From positions 21,576,001 through 21,640,000 of the forward strand of contig OZ249442.1 of NCBI GenBank assembly GCA_965235115.1: DNA of 64,000 nt, written 5' to 3'. The notes below the pieces were generated by a model. It made no database searches. It was not told where the DNA came from and saw only the letters and a list, made by a program, of their open reading frames with translations. This document shows positions 35,903 through 48,300 of this stretch, one piece after another. A program made the position numbers and the translations under genes. The DNA is from Laetmonice hystrix (taxonomy: Eukaryota). Position 1 is the first letter of the stretch; each line of letters starts with the position of its first letter.

Positions 35903-38900
35903 TCAAGTCAGATCTGCTTTGTCATCATCGTCTGCCCCTAGTTCTTGAAGAATCTTTGCCTGATACTGTTCAAAGTCTGCCGTGGGGGCCCATAACTTTG
36001 ACACATCATCCTGGACCGTTTCTGAAGGCCATCCCGACTCCTTAATCTGTGACGACCACATACTAGAAGGGTCCAGTTTGCCCGATTCTATGGGTTTCGC
36101 TGACCACACAGATGAGGTGTCCTCAGTTGTTCCGGCTGCGGTCGGGGCCCAGATACTGGATGCGGCTAGAGTTGTTGGAGCCCAGATGGATGAGTCAAGC
36201 GGCTGACTGAAGTCGTATGCTGGGTCGTCATCCTCATCCTCGCTGGATAGGTTTCGATTGTAAAGGGCGCCACCTGGCGAATAAACATGGCAACTTTTGT
36301 TTATCAACAGGCAAAGCTTACATACTAACAGACAATAAGGGCAACTTCTTGATGATATAAACTGATATCAAAAGAATTATCTGCTCACCTATTTAGACAT
36401 CATGAGAAAGAAATTACACTGCTTCCTTTAATTTAAATAACATATATATCCTGGTTGAATGACATGAATAATTTTTAAACCTGATTAAGAAAACAAATAA
36501 CTCAATTCTAGTAGGTTGTAATTAAATCACTCTCACGCTTGATTCGACTATGATTCCATTTTAATTATGGTTACGGAAAAAAATATTCTAGAGCAGTTAT
36601 AAATCAAGAAGAATATCCATTTAAGTTTCTTCTTATATATTACTTGTGTCCTACAAAAAACATTTAACGTTCTATGTTACCCACCCAGTCGTAGGCCTCG
36701 GTCCATAATACCTCCTAAGTTGTCTTCGAGGTCAAAGGCCCTAGAAAACTCATGACCTTCTGAAAGATGGAGGTTTTATTTAGTCATGAATATTTTTAAC
36801 ACAGGAAAAGGGCACACAAGTCCAAGGTTAGTATGAGTCTGCTGGAGTTGGGCAGTTAGTTCAAATTTTTAAAAATACTTAATAAGGATAAAACTATGAA
36901 AATAAAGCTGAGTACTAGATAAGACTGAGCATCATCAAAGTTTTCCATCCTTGAAATTGATCAGTAACTTGAAGAGCCATCTTGGTCCGAAAAGAGCTCT
37001 GAAAACACTGCCCACCTTCTCCAAAATAATCTTCAGAATCTTCATTCTCGAAAAATTTGGGGTCTTCCTCTGGGTAGTCATTCCTCCAGTTGTTTTCATC
37101 ATTGCTGTCATCCTCGTCCTCGTAGATGTCTTCTTCAGCATCCCGGTAAAGATCAAAAGAATTGACGTCCTTGCAGGCTTCGATCATGATATCTCCCAGA
37201 AGTCGGAAGTCACAGTCTCGTTTGTTTAGATAGTAAAGGTCATAGACATACTGCGCTGGCTGCACTGCTTCTCTCTCCAGAGGCACCGAGTTACATGTGA
37301 TGGTATTCTCATCATTTCCTTCAGGCTGTAAATGGAAAGTTTCAATTGTCTCTTTTTATCCAGTATATATACTGAGGCTGGTATATATTTCTAGCACACG
37401 AAACGTTTAAATAGGTTAACAGGATTCCTTATGCAGTGTTGCTGGCACACAGTGTACAAAATCCATCTCTCACTTTTAGGTTCCTTGAACAACCATTCTT
37501 TTCAAAGATATCAATACTGTAATGCAACAAATAAAACAGTTGAAATACCTTCTCTGTAGATTTTCCTGCTTCCAATTCTTCTGGCACGACATCATAGAGA
37601 CAATAGAACTTTTTTCCCATTGCTTCCGATTCTCCTACATTTTCCTTGTTTTCATCTTTGTCTGCCTTTTCTTTGTTTTTTGTAGAATCCTTCTCGCCAA
37701 CCTCAATGCCTTTCTTGTCTGAATTGTCAAGGTCTTCTAGGTTTGGGGCACGGTTCTGTGAGACAACCTTGTACCGGTTGGTCTCGCTGGATGCCCTGTG
37801 TTGAGCTCGAGTCTTCGCAGTTCTGTCCCAGTGCCACACATGACGCTTGTGCTCTTTCTGTAGTTTCTCCTTTCGGATGGCATCTCGGATCGGCTGCGAC
37901 ACGCATACATCCTGACAAATAAAATAATTTTTTTATTAATTTAGTATTGGTCTACACAACTTTTGAATCCAGGTATTTCACTGAACTCCAACAACAAAAC
38001 ATATGACCTGATCTGGCCAAACTGATTGAAAGATATGGGCAAATCGGTGTCTCTGGTCTTTACTGCCTCACACATCTAGGTAAAACTTTAACTTTGAGAC
38101 GTCAGACTTTATAAATACCACAGTGCTGGAACTTAACTTTTTTTTACCAACACAACATGTGGAAAAGATTTATGTCACTGACCAGTAACTTTACAACAAG
38201 AGTTTTGGTTAGAATTTTATATAAGCCACCACTGCAACAGGGCACATGATTTAGGCATTTTAACATTGAAAATGTTAATTTAATCTACCTGATCAAAACG
38301 ATCACATTAGTCACAGATTATCTGATTTCTTATTCCCTACTTTGCATCTTTGAGTCTGACTTTGTGGCTTCAATATAATTTTGGTAAACAAAAATAGTTG
38401 AGTCACTAAATTCTTGTTGACTTGAGATGTAGGCTAGGCTAAGCCAGTAACTAGAGTAAGAGTGCTTACAGCTGAGATGACACATTTTAGATGGGGCACA
38501 ATGAAATGTATCAATACATTGACATTCGGCAGTTTATTCACTTACTTTTGCTTTTTACAGACTCATATCTGATTATTCAGTCACACAATCCAATGGTCAA
38601 TGGCAAACTGAACATTGGCATTGTCATTGTTGTAACGTTTGACTCACAAAAAAAAAAGAAAAAAAAAAGACAGTGTCAACTTCGTCTTAGTCAAGCCTCA
38701 ACACCAAGCAACTTTACATCTCAAATCCCACCAACGCACACCAGGTGGCCTACATTTATGATGAAGATGGGTTCCTTAACAAAGATGTCATTACATTAAC
38801 GTTTCCACTAGGCGTGGAGTTGTTAACACAAAAAAGAGGTTGCAGAGGCATGCTTCCGAAGGTGACAACATGTTCTGTATTATCGCCCTCCATTACTTAC

Positions 38901-39068
38901 TTCTGCCTTAACAGTTCCAGCATATTTGAACACGTTTTTCACTTCTTCATCCTCTCCTTTGTCTTCTTTTTCGGTGTCAGTGTTTCTTCTGGGTCGCTTG
39001 CATGAAAATAACAGAGAATCTGCTGGGTCTTCGCATATCCTGCGTTTGACACGAACGATCGCAGCCAT
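35903..39068 (-). CDS. SLC7A6OS: RNA polymerase II nuclear localization protein SLC7A6OS (IWR1 homolog), 403 aa
   Basis: Exons 39068-38901 (MAAIVRVKRRICEDPADSLLFSCKRPR), 37911-37549, 37325-37016 (TCNSVPLERE..YVYDLYY..EDIYEDEDDSNDENNWRNDYPEED, the Iwr1 signature) and 36273-35903 (stop). Phases 0,0,1 are compatible; total 1212 nt. Confidence 0.92.
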
Positions 39069-39375
39069 TTTCCTAATGACCGGATGTTGACAGAGACGAG
39101 TGGAGAATTTAGGAACTAACGTTTCTCATTATCGTCGCCAGGTGGCAGAACTGTGCCGGAAGTAAACATTCAGGTTTGACGCGCTCTCAAACTCGCATCA
39201 GTCGCGGAACTATATTTAATTATCTTGTCAACAATACAAGGGCCATTCAGATCCTCTACAAACAAGATAATATCAGATTCATGGATATTGTCATCGTTTT
39301 ATTACGATGACGCAATTCAGCAACCTGACGACGGGCTTTAAACGGCTAGAGAAAGGGGCGTGGAATGTCGGAAAG
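39069..39375. promoter_or_regulatory. Bidirectional promoter between SLC7A6OS and the CUB-LDLa gene
   Basis: About 307 bp separate the divergent ATGs. CTCF-like GTCGCCAGGTGGCAG at 39134-39148 and ETS CCGGAAGT at 39156-39163; CpG-rich. Confidence 0.7.
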
Positions 39376-42300
39376 ATGCGTGCGAGCTGTATCCGCAGCA
39401 GCACTGCCAGGGCCAGCGGGATGATGCTATCCGCGGTCGTGATGCTCGGCTGCCTCATCCAAATGTCAGAGGCAGGCTACAACCGGAACTGTACGTACCC
39501 CACCTGTCAGGCTATTGTAATTATTTAGATAGTGTTACAGTGTATGTTTAGCCGGCAACGGCTAAATAAGATTACCGTATTTTAGTCTAATTTAGCCTGC
39601 CCTGACTTAGACTAGTAACTTAGTAAGTTAGTTTAACTATGACCTGCATGTCTACTTTCTTTAGTTAAGTTAAACCTAAAGTGAGTACTTAGGTCTTAGC
39701 CGTTTGACTACTGAATCAAATTCATGAAACTGCTTGGGTTACTTAGTTTAGGGTCAGGCCTAGCCCTAGCCTCAGGTTAGTATTATTTTTGTCTCCAACT
39801 GGGTGTTAATTAAGATAAGTGTTTTGGATAGTCAGCTATTTAGCCGTACCATAGTCAAACATTGGTTTACAGGGGCAGATCCAAGATTTTGGAAAGGGGG
39901 GGCTGGTCGTCCGAGGGCAAAGCCCGAGCCCTGCTAGTGGGGTCCGGGGCATGCCCCCCGGACAATTTTGAACATTTAGAGTCTCAGTTAGGGCATTTCC
40001 CGCATTCTGAGAAAGCAAAATGTTTGCTTTTACAGTTGCGAATAACAAAATTTTGCCTTTTTTCTGATTGGTACCCTGACAAAAGGGGAGGCCACGGCCC
40101 CCCTAAATCCGCCCCTGGGTTACATGTGAACTCGGCCCAACGCGGCCCCGATGGTGCACTCGGCACAGTGATTTCAGACCGGTGTTGTGATCTCGGTCTA
40201 CTCTGACAAATGTACAACAGTGAGCTCAGACCAATCTTATGTCAGGCCCAGTTTAGTGTACAGAACACAATTTATTCATTTTCTGCGTTTCCCTACGGTT
40301 TTTGTCCGCTACCATTCCCCTGTCCATAGCCCCCACCCTGTCTGTGACAGTGGTCCTGCCGCATCTGACTGTGAGCCATGTCCTATAGCCCAACCCGAGC
40401 CCCGTGGCTATGGCCATGAACATGGTTACTGACGCTGTCAATTTGTCACTAATGTACAACAGTGAGCTCAGACCAATCTTATGTTAGGCCTGGTATAGGT
40501 CTAGTTGGTAAATCATACACAGACTGTCCAGCTCTGCTCAGGCCGACTTCATCACATTGGTTCGACATCACCTAGACATGGACCATGAGATCACCCTGGT
40601 CCGAGGTCACCATGGGCCATGTTCACCAGTGTTCACCAGTACGGTCCCGTCCACATTATCCATTAGGATTGAAGGTTAATGGTTACATGACCCCGCCACA
40701 TGTTGGCTAAATACACGTCCAATTATTTATTATCCCTTTTTATATGTTACCTAATACCTGTACTGTACTTAGAGTAACTGTTGCTGTGCTTAGTGCCATA
40801 GTGGTGGCAGAACTGTGCTATGGTTCAGTCAGGACTTTGGTGAGGGGAATAAGAAAAAGTAAAGAAACAAAAATTTGTAAAATTTTGTAATTGAGTGTAT
40901 CGGGTCATGCTGGTGTGGTGGCGAAAAGCTGTCACCAGACTCAGGCCGAGGATGGGAGGGGTATGATCCCCCACCTCCCATTTTTGGTGATGGCTTTTAA
41001 GTAAAAGGGTCAAAGTCCCCTGGAAATTAGGTCTGGGGGAAAGATCAAACACCTGGGCAGCAAATAGCTGGTCACCCTGGCAACACTTGGGTCTGGTGTT
41101 GGTGAGGCCTGCCGCAAAGCCCGGCCCCACCTCGGCCATGTGCTTACCACAGTGGCCATGGGCTTACTACAGCGGGTCGGGTGAGCAAGTCCCCACCCCA
41201 TGCCACGCTTACGCTCCTTTTTTAGGGGAGTGGCGGTGGCCGAGTGGGCATGGGTGTCGACACCTTATGCTATGCGAATGGGTGCGCAGTAATCTTGGGG
41301 CCGGGGTTCGATTCCTGTAGAGGACTATACAACTTTTCTCTTTAGGGACATTGTCAAAGTAATTGGGTTACCACTGATGCCCGTGCATTTCAAAAAAGAA
41401 AAATACAGCCGGGTGAGGCTCGCCAAGCCCCCATCCCCGTCATGTGCTTACTAGTACAGTCGGGTGAGGCCGGCTGCCAAGCCCCTACCCCGGTCCTGTG
41501 CTTACTACAGCCGGGCGAGGCCGGTCACCAAGCCCCCACCCCGGTTACTACAGCCGGGTGAGGCCAGCCGCCAAGCCCCCACCCCGGTCATGTGCTTACT
41601 ACAGCCGCCAAGCCCCCACCCCGGTCCTGTGCTTACTACGGCCTGGTGAGGCCGGCTGCCAAGCCCCACCCCGGTCATGGTCTTACTACAGCCACCCCGG
41701 TCATGTGCTTACTACAGCCGGGCGGGGCCGGCCGCCAAGCCCCCACCCCGGTCATGTGCTTACTACAGCCAGGTGAGGCCGGCTGCCAAGCCCCTACCCC
41801 GGTCATGTGCTTACTACAGCCGGGCGAGGCCCCACCAAGCCCCCACCCCGGTCATGTGCTTACTACAGCCGGGCGAGGCCCCACCAAGCCCCCACCCCGG
41901 TCATGTGCTTACTACAGCCGGGTGAGGCCCCACCAAGCCCCCACCCCGGTCATGTGCTTACTACAGCCGGGTGAGGCTCGCCAAGCCCCCATCCCCGTCA
42001 TGTGCTTACTACAGCCAGGTGAGGCCGGCCGCCAAGCCCCCACCCCGGTCATGTGCTTACTACAGCCAGGTGAGGCCGGCCACCAAGCCCCCACCCCGGT
42101 CATGTGCTTACTACACCCGGGCGAGGCTGGCTGCCAAGCCCCCACCCCGGTCATGTGCTTACTACAGTCGGGTGAGGCCGGCTGCCAAGCCCCCACCCCG
42201 GTCATGTGCTTACTACAGCCAGATGAGGCCGGCCACCAAGCCCCCACCCCGGTCATGTGCTTACTACAGCCAGGTGAGGCCGGCGGCCAAGTGCTTACTA

Positions 42301-45300
42301 CAGCTGGGTGAGGCCAGCCGCCAAGCCCCCACCCCGGTCATGGTCTTACTACAGCCACCCCGGTCATGTGCTTACTACAGCCAGATGAGGCCGGTCACCA
42401 AGCCCCCACCCCGGTCATGTGCTTACTACAGTCGGGTGAGGCCGGCCACCAAGGCCACCAAGCCCCCACCCCGGTTACTACAGCCGGGTGAGGCCGGCCA
42501 CCAAGCCCCCACCCCGGTTACTACAGCCGGGTGAGGCCGGCCACCAAGCCCCCACCCCGGTTACTACAGCCGGGTGAGGCCGGCCGCCAAGCCCCCATCC
42601 CGGTCATGTGCTTACTACAGCCGGGTGAGGCCGGCCACCAAGCCTCCACCCCGGGTACAGCCGGGTGAGGCCCACCTGCCCTCAGCTCACCTGACCTTGT
42701 CGGGCAGGGTCTTGATGGGCCGGTAGTTAGTGGGGGTGGCTCACTACAGGCTGACTGTGACTGGTTTACGAAACGACTGGATACCCCTGGTGTCAGGCAC
42801 CAACTGCAGCATGTCAGCAAAACACCACATAATCAGAAAACAGTAGGCTAGGCCCATGATATCAAGTCAAAAATTCACCACAAAAACAAAAATTTTACGA
42901 AGTTGTAGGCTGGACAAAATGTCCTCTTTTGCAAATTAGAATGCGCTGCTGATATTGTCGAATGAATGGTTAGGGTTAAATGGTTTTCACTTGCACTTCA
43001 GATAACATGCCGAGCAATGACTGCAGCACGGTTAGGATCCGAGATATAGATGGCGCTGTCATATACAGTACTCCAAACGTCCTGTGGGCAAACAGTGCAT
43101 GCCTCATGAAGTTCGAATCTGATGATGACCTCTTTACTCGTAAAAAACTAATGATTCATTTTGAGAAGCTGGAAATTTCCGACTGTGCTGCATCGCTGAA
43201 GATATTTTTTGCCAGATCCTCCTCTGGGAAAACCCCAAATGTAAGTATTTGTGTAAAAACTGATGATATGGCCGAAGTGGAAATTAGTGCAAAAATTGAG
43301 GAGCTAGCTAGGCTGTCAATATTTGAAACTTAGTAGCCCAAAAACAGATTCGGCACATAAGTGATTCAGAACAACTGCTCTAACTGAAAGTTCTTTTTCT
43401 TCTGCATATTGATGTGTAACAGTTTGTGAATTCAATAAGAAATGCTGCTGCTGATTCTCTTGATTCTTAATATGCATTATCTTTTTCAATTTGTAGTATT
43501 CATTTACCTGCAAGAGTAAGAAACCTGGTATAATCATCAACAATGCCTCAAAATATGTCACCCTACGTTTAGACACCAAAACTCATCGTGGATACTCATT
43601 CAAGATAATACTTACATCATTCAAAGAAAGTAGGTTGGCCTTCATTTCTCTTAATTTTAAAAGTTGCATGCTATATTAGTACATGTATTTAATATTTTCT
43701 TCAGAATGTAGTTTCCTGAGGAATGGTATTCGTATGATTTTCTCTGCAATCAACCAGTGTTCAGTTTAACGATGCAGAAATTAATAAAAAGGTTCATATA
43801 CATGATGTGTTTAGAGACTGAAAAGGTGAGCTTTAAAAATGGATCCCCAAGAATTACCATTCATATACATGTCATACTTGAAGAAAACATATGAGTGGGG
43901 CACCAGTACCTGAGGTTTTACTGTGTAACTAAGAATCACAGGTGATTGCAATATTTTCATATTAAAATCAATTTATATTTCTGTATCTTTGAAAAAATGA
44001 TATTTCAGGGCCAGTTACTGTTGTCCATGCCAACTTATCTGAGGTTATGCTATTACTTCTTGCAGCAACGTTTTGCAGTGAGTTCCGTTGTGGCAATGGA
44101 AAATGTATTGAAGACAAATTGAGGTGTGACCGAGTTAATCACTGTGGCGATGGCACAGATGAGCTAAACTGTCAAGGTAAGTATTTCAGACACACACAAA
44201 ACCTTAAATAACTACACCTGTTTTCAAATTCCCAAAAGTTTATGTAGGCACCTGGATGTGTTTGGTGACTGAAAGGATTTAGAGAGTTTAATGTTGAAAG
44301 ACATTTGAACATTCCCAGTTCTTGCCGTGTCTAAGTGGTTTACAGCTAAGGCCAGCCCTGCAGACATCATGCTGGGGAGACCTAATGCCATGGGATTCAT
44401 CATTTGTTTATTCTTGCTATCTTTGCTGAACCTGCTGTGTTGTAAGTCTGGGCACCCAGTGCGAAAGCTGTCTAAAGTGGGAGTGGTCGATTGGGTTGAA
44501 GTAAAAACTCTGGCTTTGATCATATTTCCATCATTATTGTCTTTGTGGAGAGACGTCTGCGTCCGGCATCACGTTCATCCCCCTCCCCTGTAGAACTTGG
44601 TGTATGAAGGGAGGCTGGAAGCATTGTTGCTATGCAAATATAGATCCAGTTTTGGCCATTTAGTGTCTGATTGCCCCTGAGATATTACTGTTTGCTAAGC
44701 CAATAAATATAGCATTCTTTGACGTCACAGAACGCACTTAGATTCTTACATCGATGATACGGTCCTATATGTCTGTAAAGTTCTTCACCCAACGAAGTAT
44801 AAATGGCAATCGATGGTTCTTTTGTCTCAGAATAAACTATAATAATGCAGGTGAAAAACTCTTTTCTGAATACAGATATAGGCAGACAATGTTTAATGAG
44901 GAGTATTCAACAGAAGTTTGTCTAAAGCTGCTCGCGGTGTTTGTTTGAAATCATTGATTGGTCGTAAGACGTCGTCTTCACCAGAGAGTAAGCCCGGGAA
45001 CTTCACTGTTCAGACAATGGAAAGAAACTGGTGAATTAGTGTTATTAAGGGAAAGAGGGAAAATGAAATTACCGGTAGGTCCAAGAGGAGGGTTGGAAAC
45101 TCAACGAAACACAATATAAAACCATGATAAAACTGACTCAGCTGTACTTAAGCCGTCATTAAGTGACAAACAGCAGATAAGGTCTAGCTGGCCAGTACTA
45201 TAGATAAACGTGTGCAAAGAGCTTCAGCGACAAAACATCAAATCCACCAGCAGCAACACATGTACTGGCAGTAATGAGGTACTGTTGGGTTGGCCTCATA

Positions 45301-48300
45301 CGTTGGAGAATCGCAATGGCAACAGGCCAAATTACCATGATTATATAAAGAGACAGATTTCATGGGAAGATGGATTCATACTGTTATATATAATATTTCG
45401 AAATTATCTCATGAAAAGGTTAATGAATACATGTAATGACAAACAAAGAAGAAAAATTATCGCTATTAATTTCCATTGGACATATCCCCTAGCCCATTTG
45501 GGTGTCATTTTAGTTTTTAATGCTGAAATAAAAATAGTCATTTTAATTAAAATGACCTTGTGTACTATCACAGGAACAACAGTAAGATCTGATCAAAAAA
45601 ATAATGACATGAGACGTTGTTAGGAATTTCTACTACATATTTTTCTATCACCGCATCGATGATCGAAAAACGAACGCCAAAGGACACTATAATAAATTAA
45701 TCTTACCATCGCCTTATAGACAAGTTATATTACATGGAAATATTTTATGGATAACTGAAAAAATAATTTTTCAATGTATGGATATCAATGTCAGGTTCAT
45801 TAGGAAATAAGGATTGACTTCTGATTTCACTGTGCACAGTCGTACGGTAAGCAATGCAGTTAGAAAGCCACACACTCCAGGAGTCCACATTCATTCGTAA
45901 TATGATTCCTTCTGTTGTATCATTGGACATCCATTCCTTATCTCTTTATTTGACCATAGCACATGGTGGCTGGTGTACACCAAGCCCACCGACTCGAGCC
46001 CTTGGTGGGCAGATACCCCCATGGTAATATAGTTCTGAGCCTCAAACCGAAACCCTCACCCCTAAACTGCCTTTCCCTGCCTCTGACCCGAACCCCTACT
46101 CCAAGGTTCATGCGAATGTCGCCATTGGGGGAAGAACGCTTTGGTGGAGCCCTTCACTTTGGTGGTTTCAAGGATGATGGTAGATGTTTTAGGTGGGAGT
46201 CTGATGCCAGGCACTCTTCTCCTGGAAAGTCGAACCAATACACAAAACATTCATGGCAATTTCATATGCGACAGCAAATATTGTCCGCCTCCTCTTTTTT
46301 TGCAGTGCAGCAAGTCAAGAACCGGTATACCGTATATAGTGTTGTTTTGGAATATGCTGTAAAGAAGAATTTTACCGTACATCATGGTTAGACTGTGGGG
46401 TTCCATGCTAGATGATCCTTTATGATGATCCTTTGATAGGTAGAGTTATTACGGCATGGAGTCCCATTGACTCACGATTGAGGCACTAATATTCTGAGAT
46501 GAACAGATTGTATTGTAATGATAGCTGTAGGACTCTACGACTTGAACAGATTGTATTGTAATGATAGCTGTAGGACTCTACGACTTGAACAGATTGTATT
46601 GTAATGATAGCTGTAGGACTACGACTTAGCATTCAACATGACGCAGTTTCCGTCTCTTGAACGGTGCCGACATATCGTAAAACGAAAGTGTACTGATTCA
46701 TTACATTATTATTCACCAAGTAATAAAATCGAAACGAACCCCGTCATACCTGTACGTGTCGAGTATACCTGGTACACGTATGGCATGGCCAGAAACCTGA
46801 CAAGATCGAAGCTAGCTCGGCTTTATCAGAATACATAAAGTTACGATCATGTAAGTACCAGGAAACAGCGGTGTTGAGACAGTCATAATTTGAGATGAGG
46901 ACCCGACCTGGTCGTCCTGCCACAGTTTCTGACTGATAATCAGACGGCGTAGCAAGGTTCTTTGTAGCGGAGAACGTTTTTGCATTTTACTAATGTTTGT
47001 GTGCCAATACACATTTGGTACGACTTTGATTCTCAGAATGAAAGTAATGCTACTGGTCGAGCTTTGTTGGCTGAAAATGGCAACATCAACTAGGTCATTA
47101 CTTTCATTCTTCAGTGGCTTTCATATTAGTAATATAAGCCAGACAAACAGAACTGACTGGTGACTTAGAGGTTTAACCTTCATATTGTTGCTAACGATGT
47201 GTGTAAATAAGCATTGGAACATTGTTGGAAGTGGATTATTACTTGCAATTGTCTGAACTCGGTCTGATATTCGTATTCTGAATCAGGGATTTGACGAAGC
47301 CAATGTAAATGTTTGATGGCAAGTCTGGAATCACGGAGATGTATAATATTACCGGGGTATATATTATAAAATATATTATAAGACTTCAGTCGTGGTGTGT
47401 CTCCAAAGAATTTGTAACCGATATGGTGTATTTCTCCTTTTTTCTAAAGGCTTGTACATTAGATATTGATATTTCAATCTTTGGTTATTAGAAGACCTGC
47501 ATGTTATGGCTCATACAAATCATAGTAGCTTCGAATGTCTTTTTCATCTGACGCAGATAACACAATAATTTAATCAATAAATCAGAAACTTTCATTGCTT
47601 TTTCTAAAATGATTAAAATTCATACCTACGTAGCTGTATGTATTACGCTTTTAAGTACTGTGTAGTTAAATCAAAATTATTGTGGAAAATTAAGCATCAT
47701 AACCATTAATGACAGGGATGACCTTGATACAGTTAGTCACAGATATAAGCGTATCTTAACTCAGCTTCAGTGTTTCTGTCACATGTTTTGGACAAAATCT
47801 ATTTCATGGCAAAAGGTCAGCACGAGAGAAATACTTGAATATGAATTTTATTGATTTTGATGCTCCTGAGAAAATGTTTTGTTTTATATTTAGCCGACGT
47901 TGCTTGCAGCAGAGGGAGTAGGGGATTGTAGTGAAATGGAAACTATTAAATTAGAACCAATGTTTTACGCTCAAACCCCCCAGGCTTCAGTTGGAATGAG
48001 ATTCCAATGTTGCATGCAATGATTCACACGTTGGACGACTGCTTAGTTGGAGAGAGTCGGCCGATGACACAGTCGGTACGTGTACGCCGCACCCAGAGTG
48101 GTGAGGTATGCGGTTGTAATTGCACAGTGGCTCTGTCCACGTGGGAATTGCTTGCCTGCCCCTGCTCACCGCACTCCTCATTTGTTGTCACTGGGCTCCA
48201 TGAATAACACGCCTGTAAATGTATTCCATTACCAAGTGGCCCAGACTAAGATGATACACAGTTCATGCATAATATGTAAATAATCAGCTGCCCAGAGCGC

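Noticed and set aside
41230-41325. Functional tRNA gene
   Set aside because: A and B boxes are present, but I cannot form acceptor or anticodon stems.
41464-42820. ORFs up to 239 aa with Cys/Pro repeats
   Set aside because: Translations of the 50-bp minisatellite, with frame switching between units.
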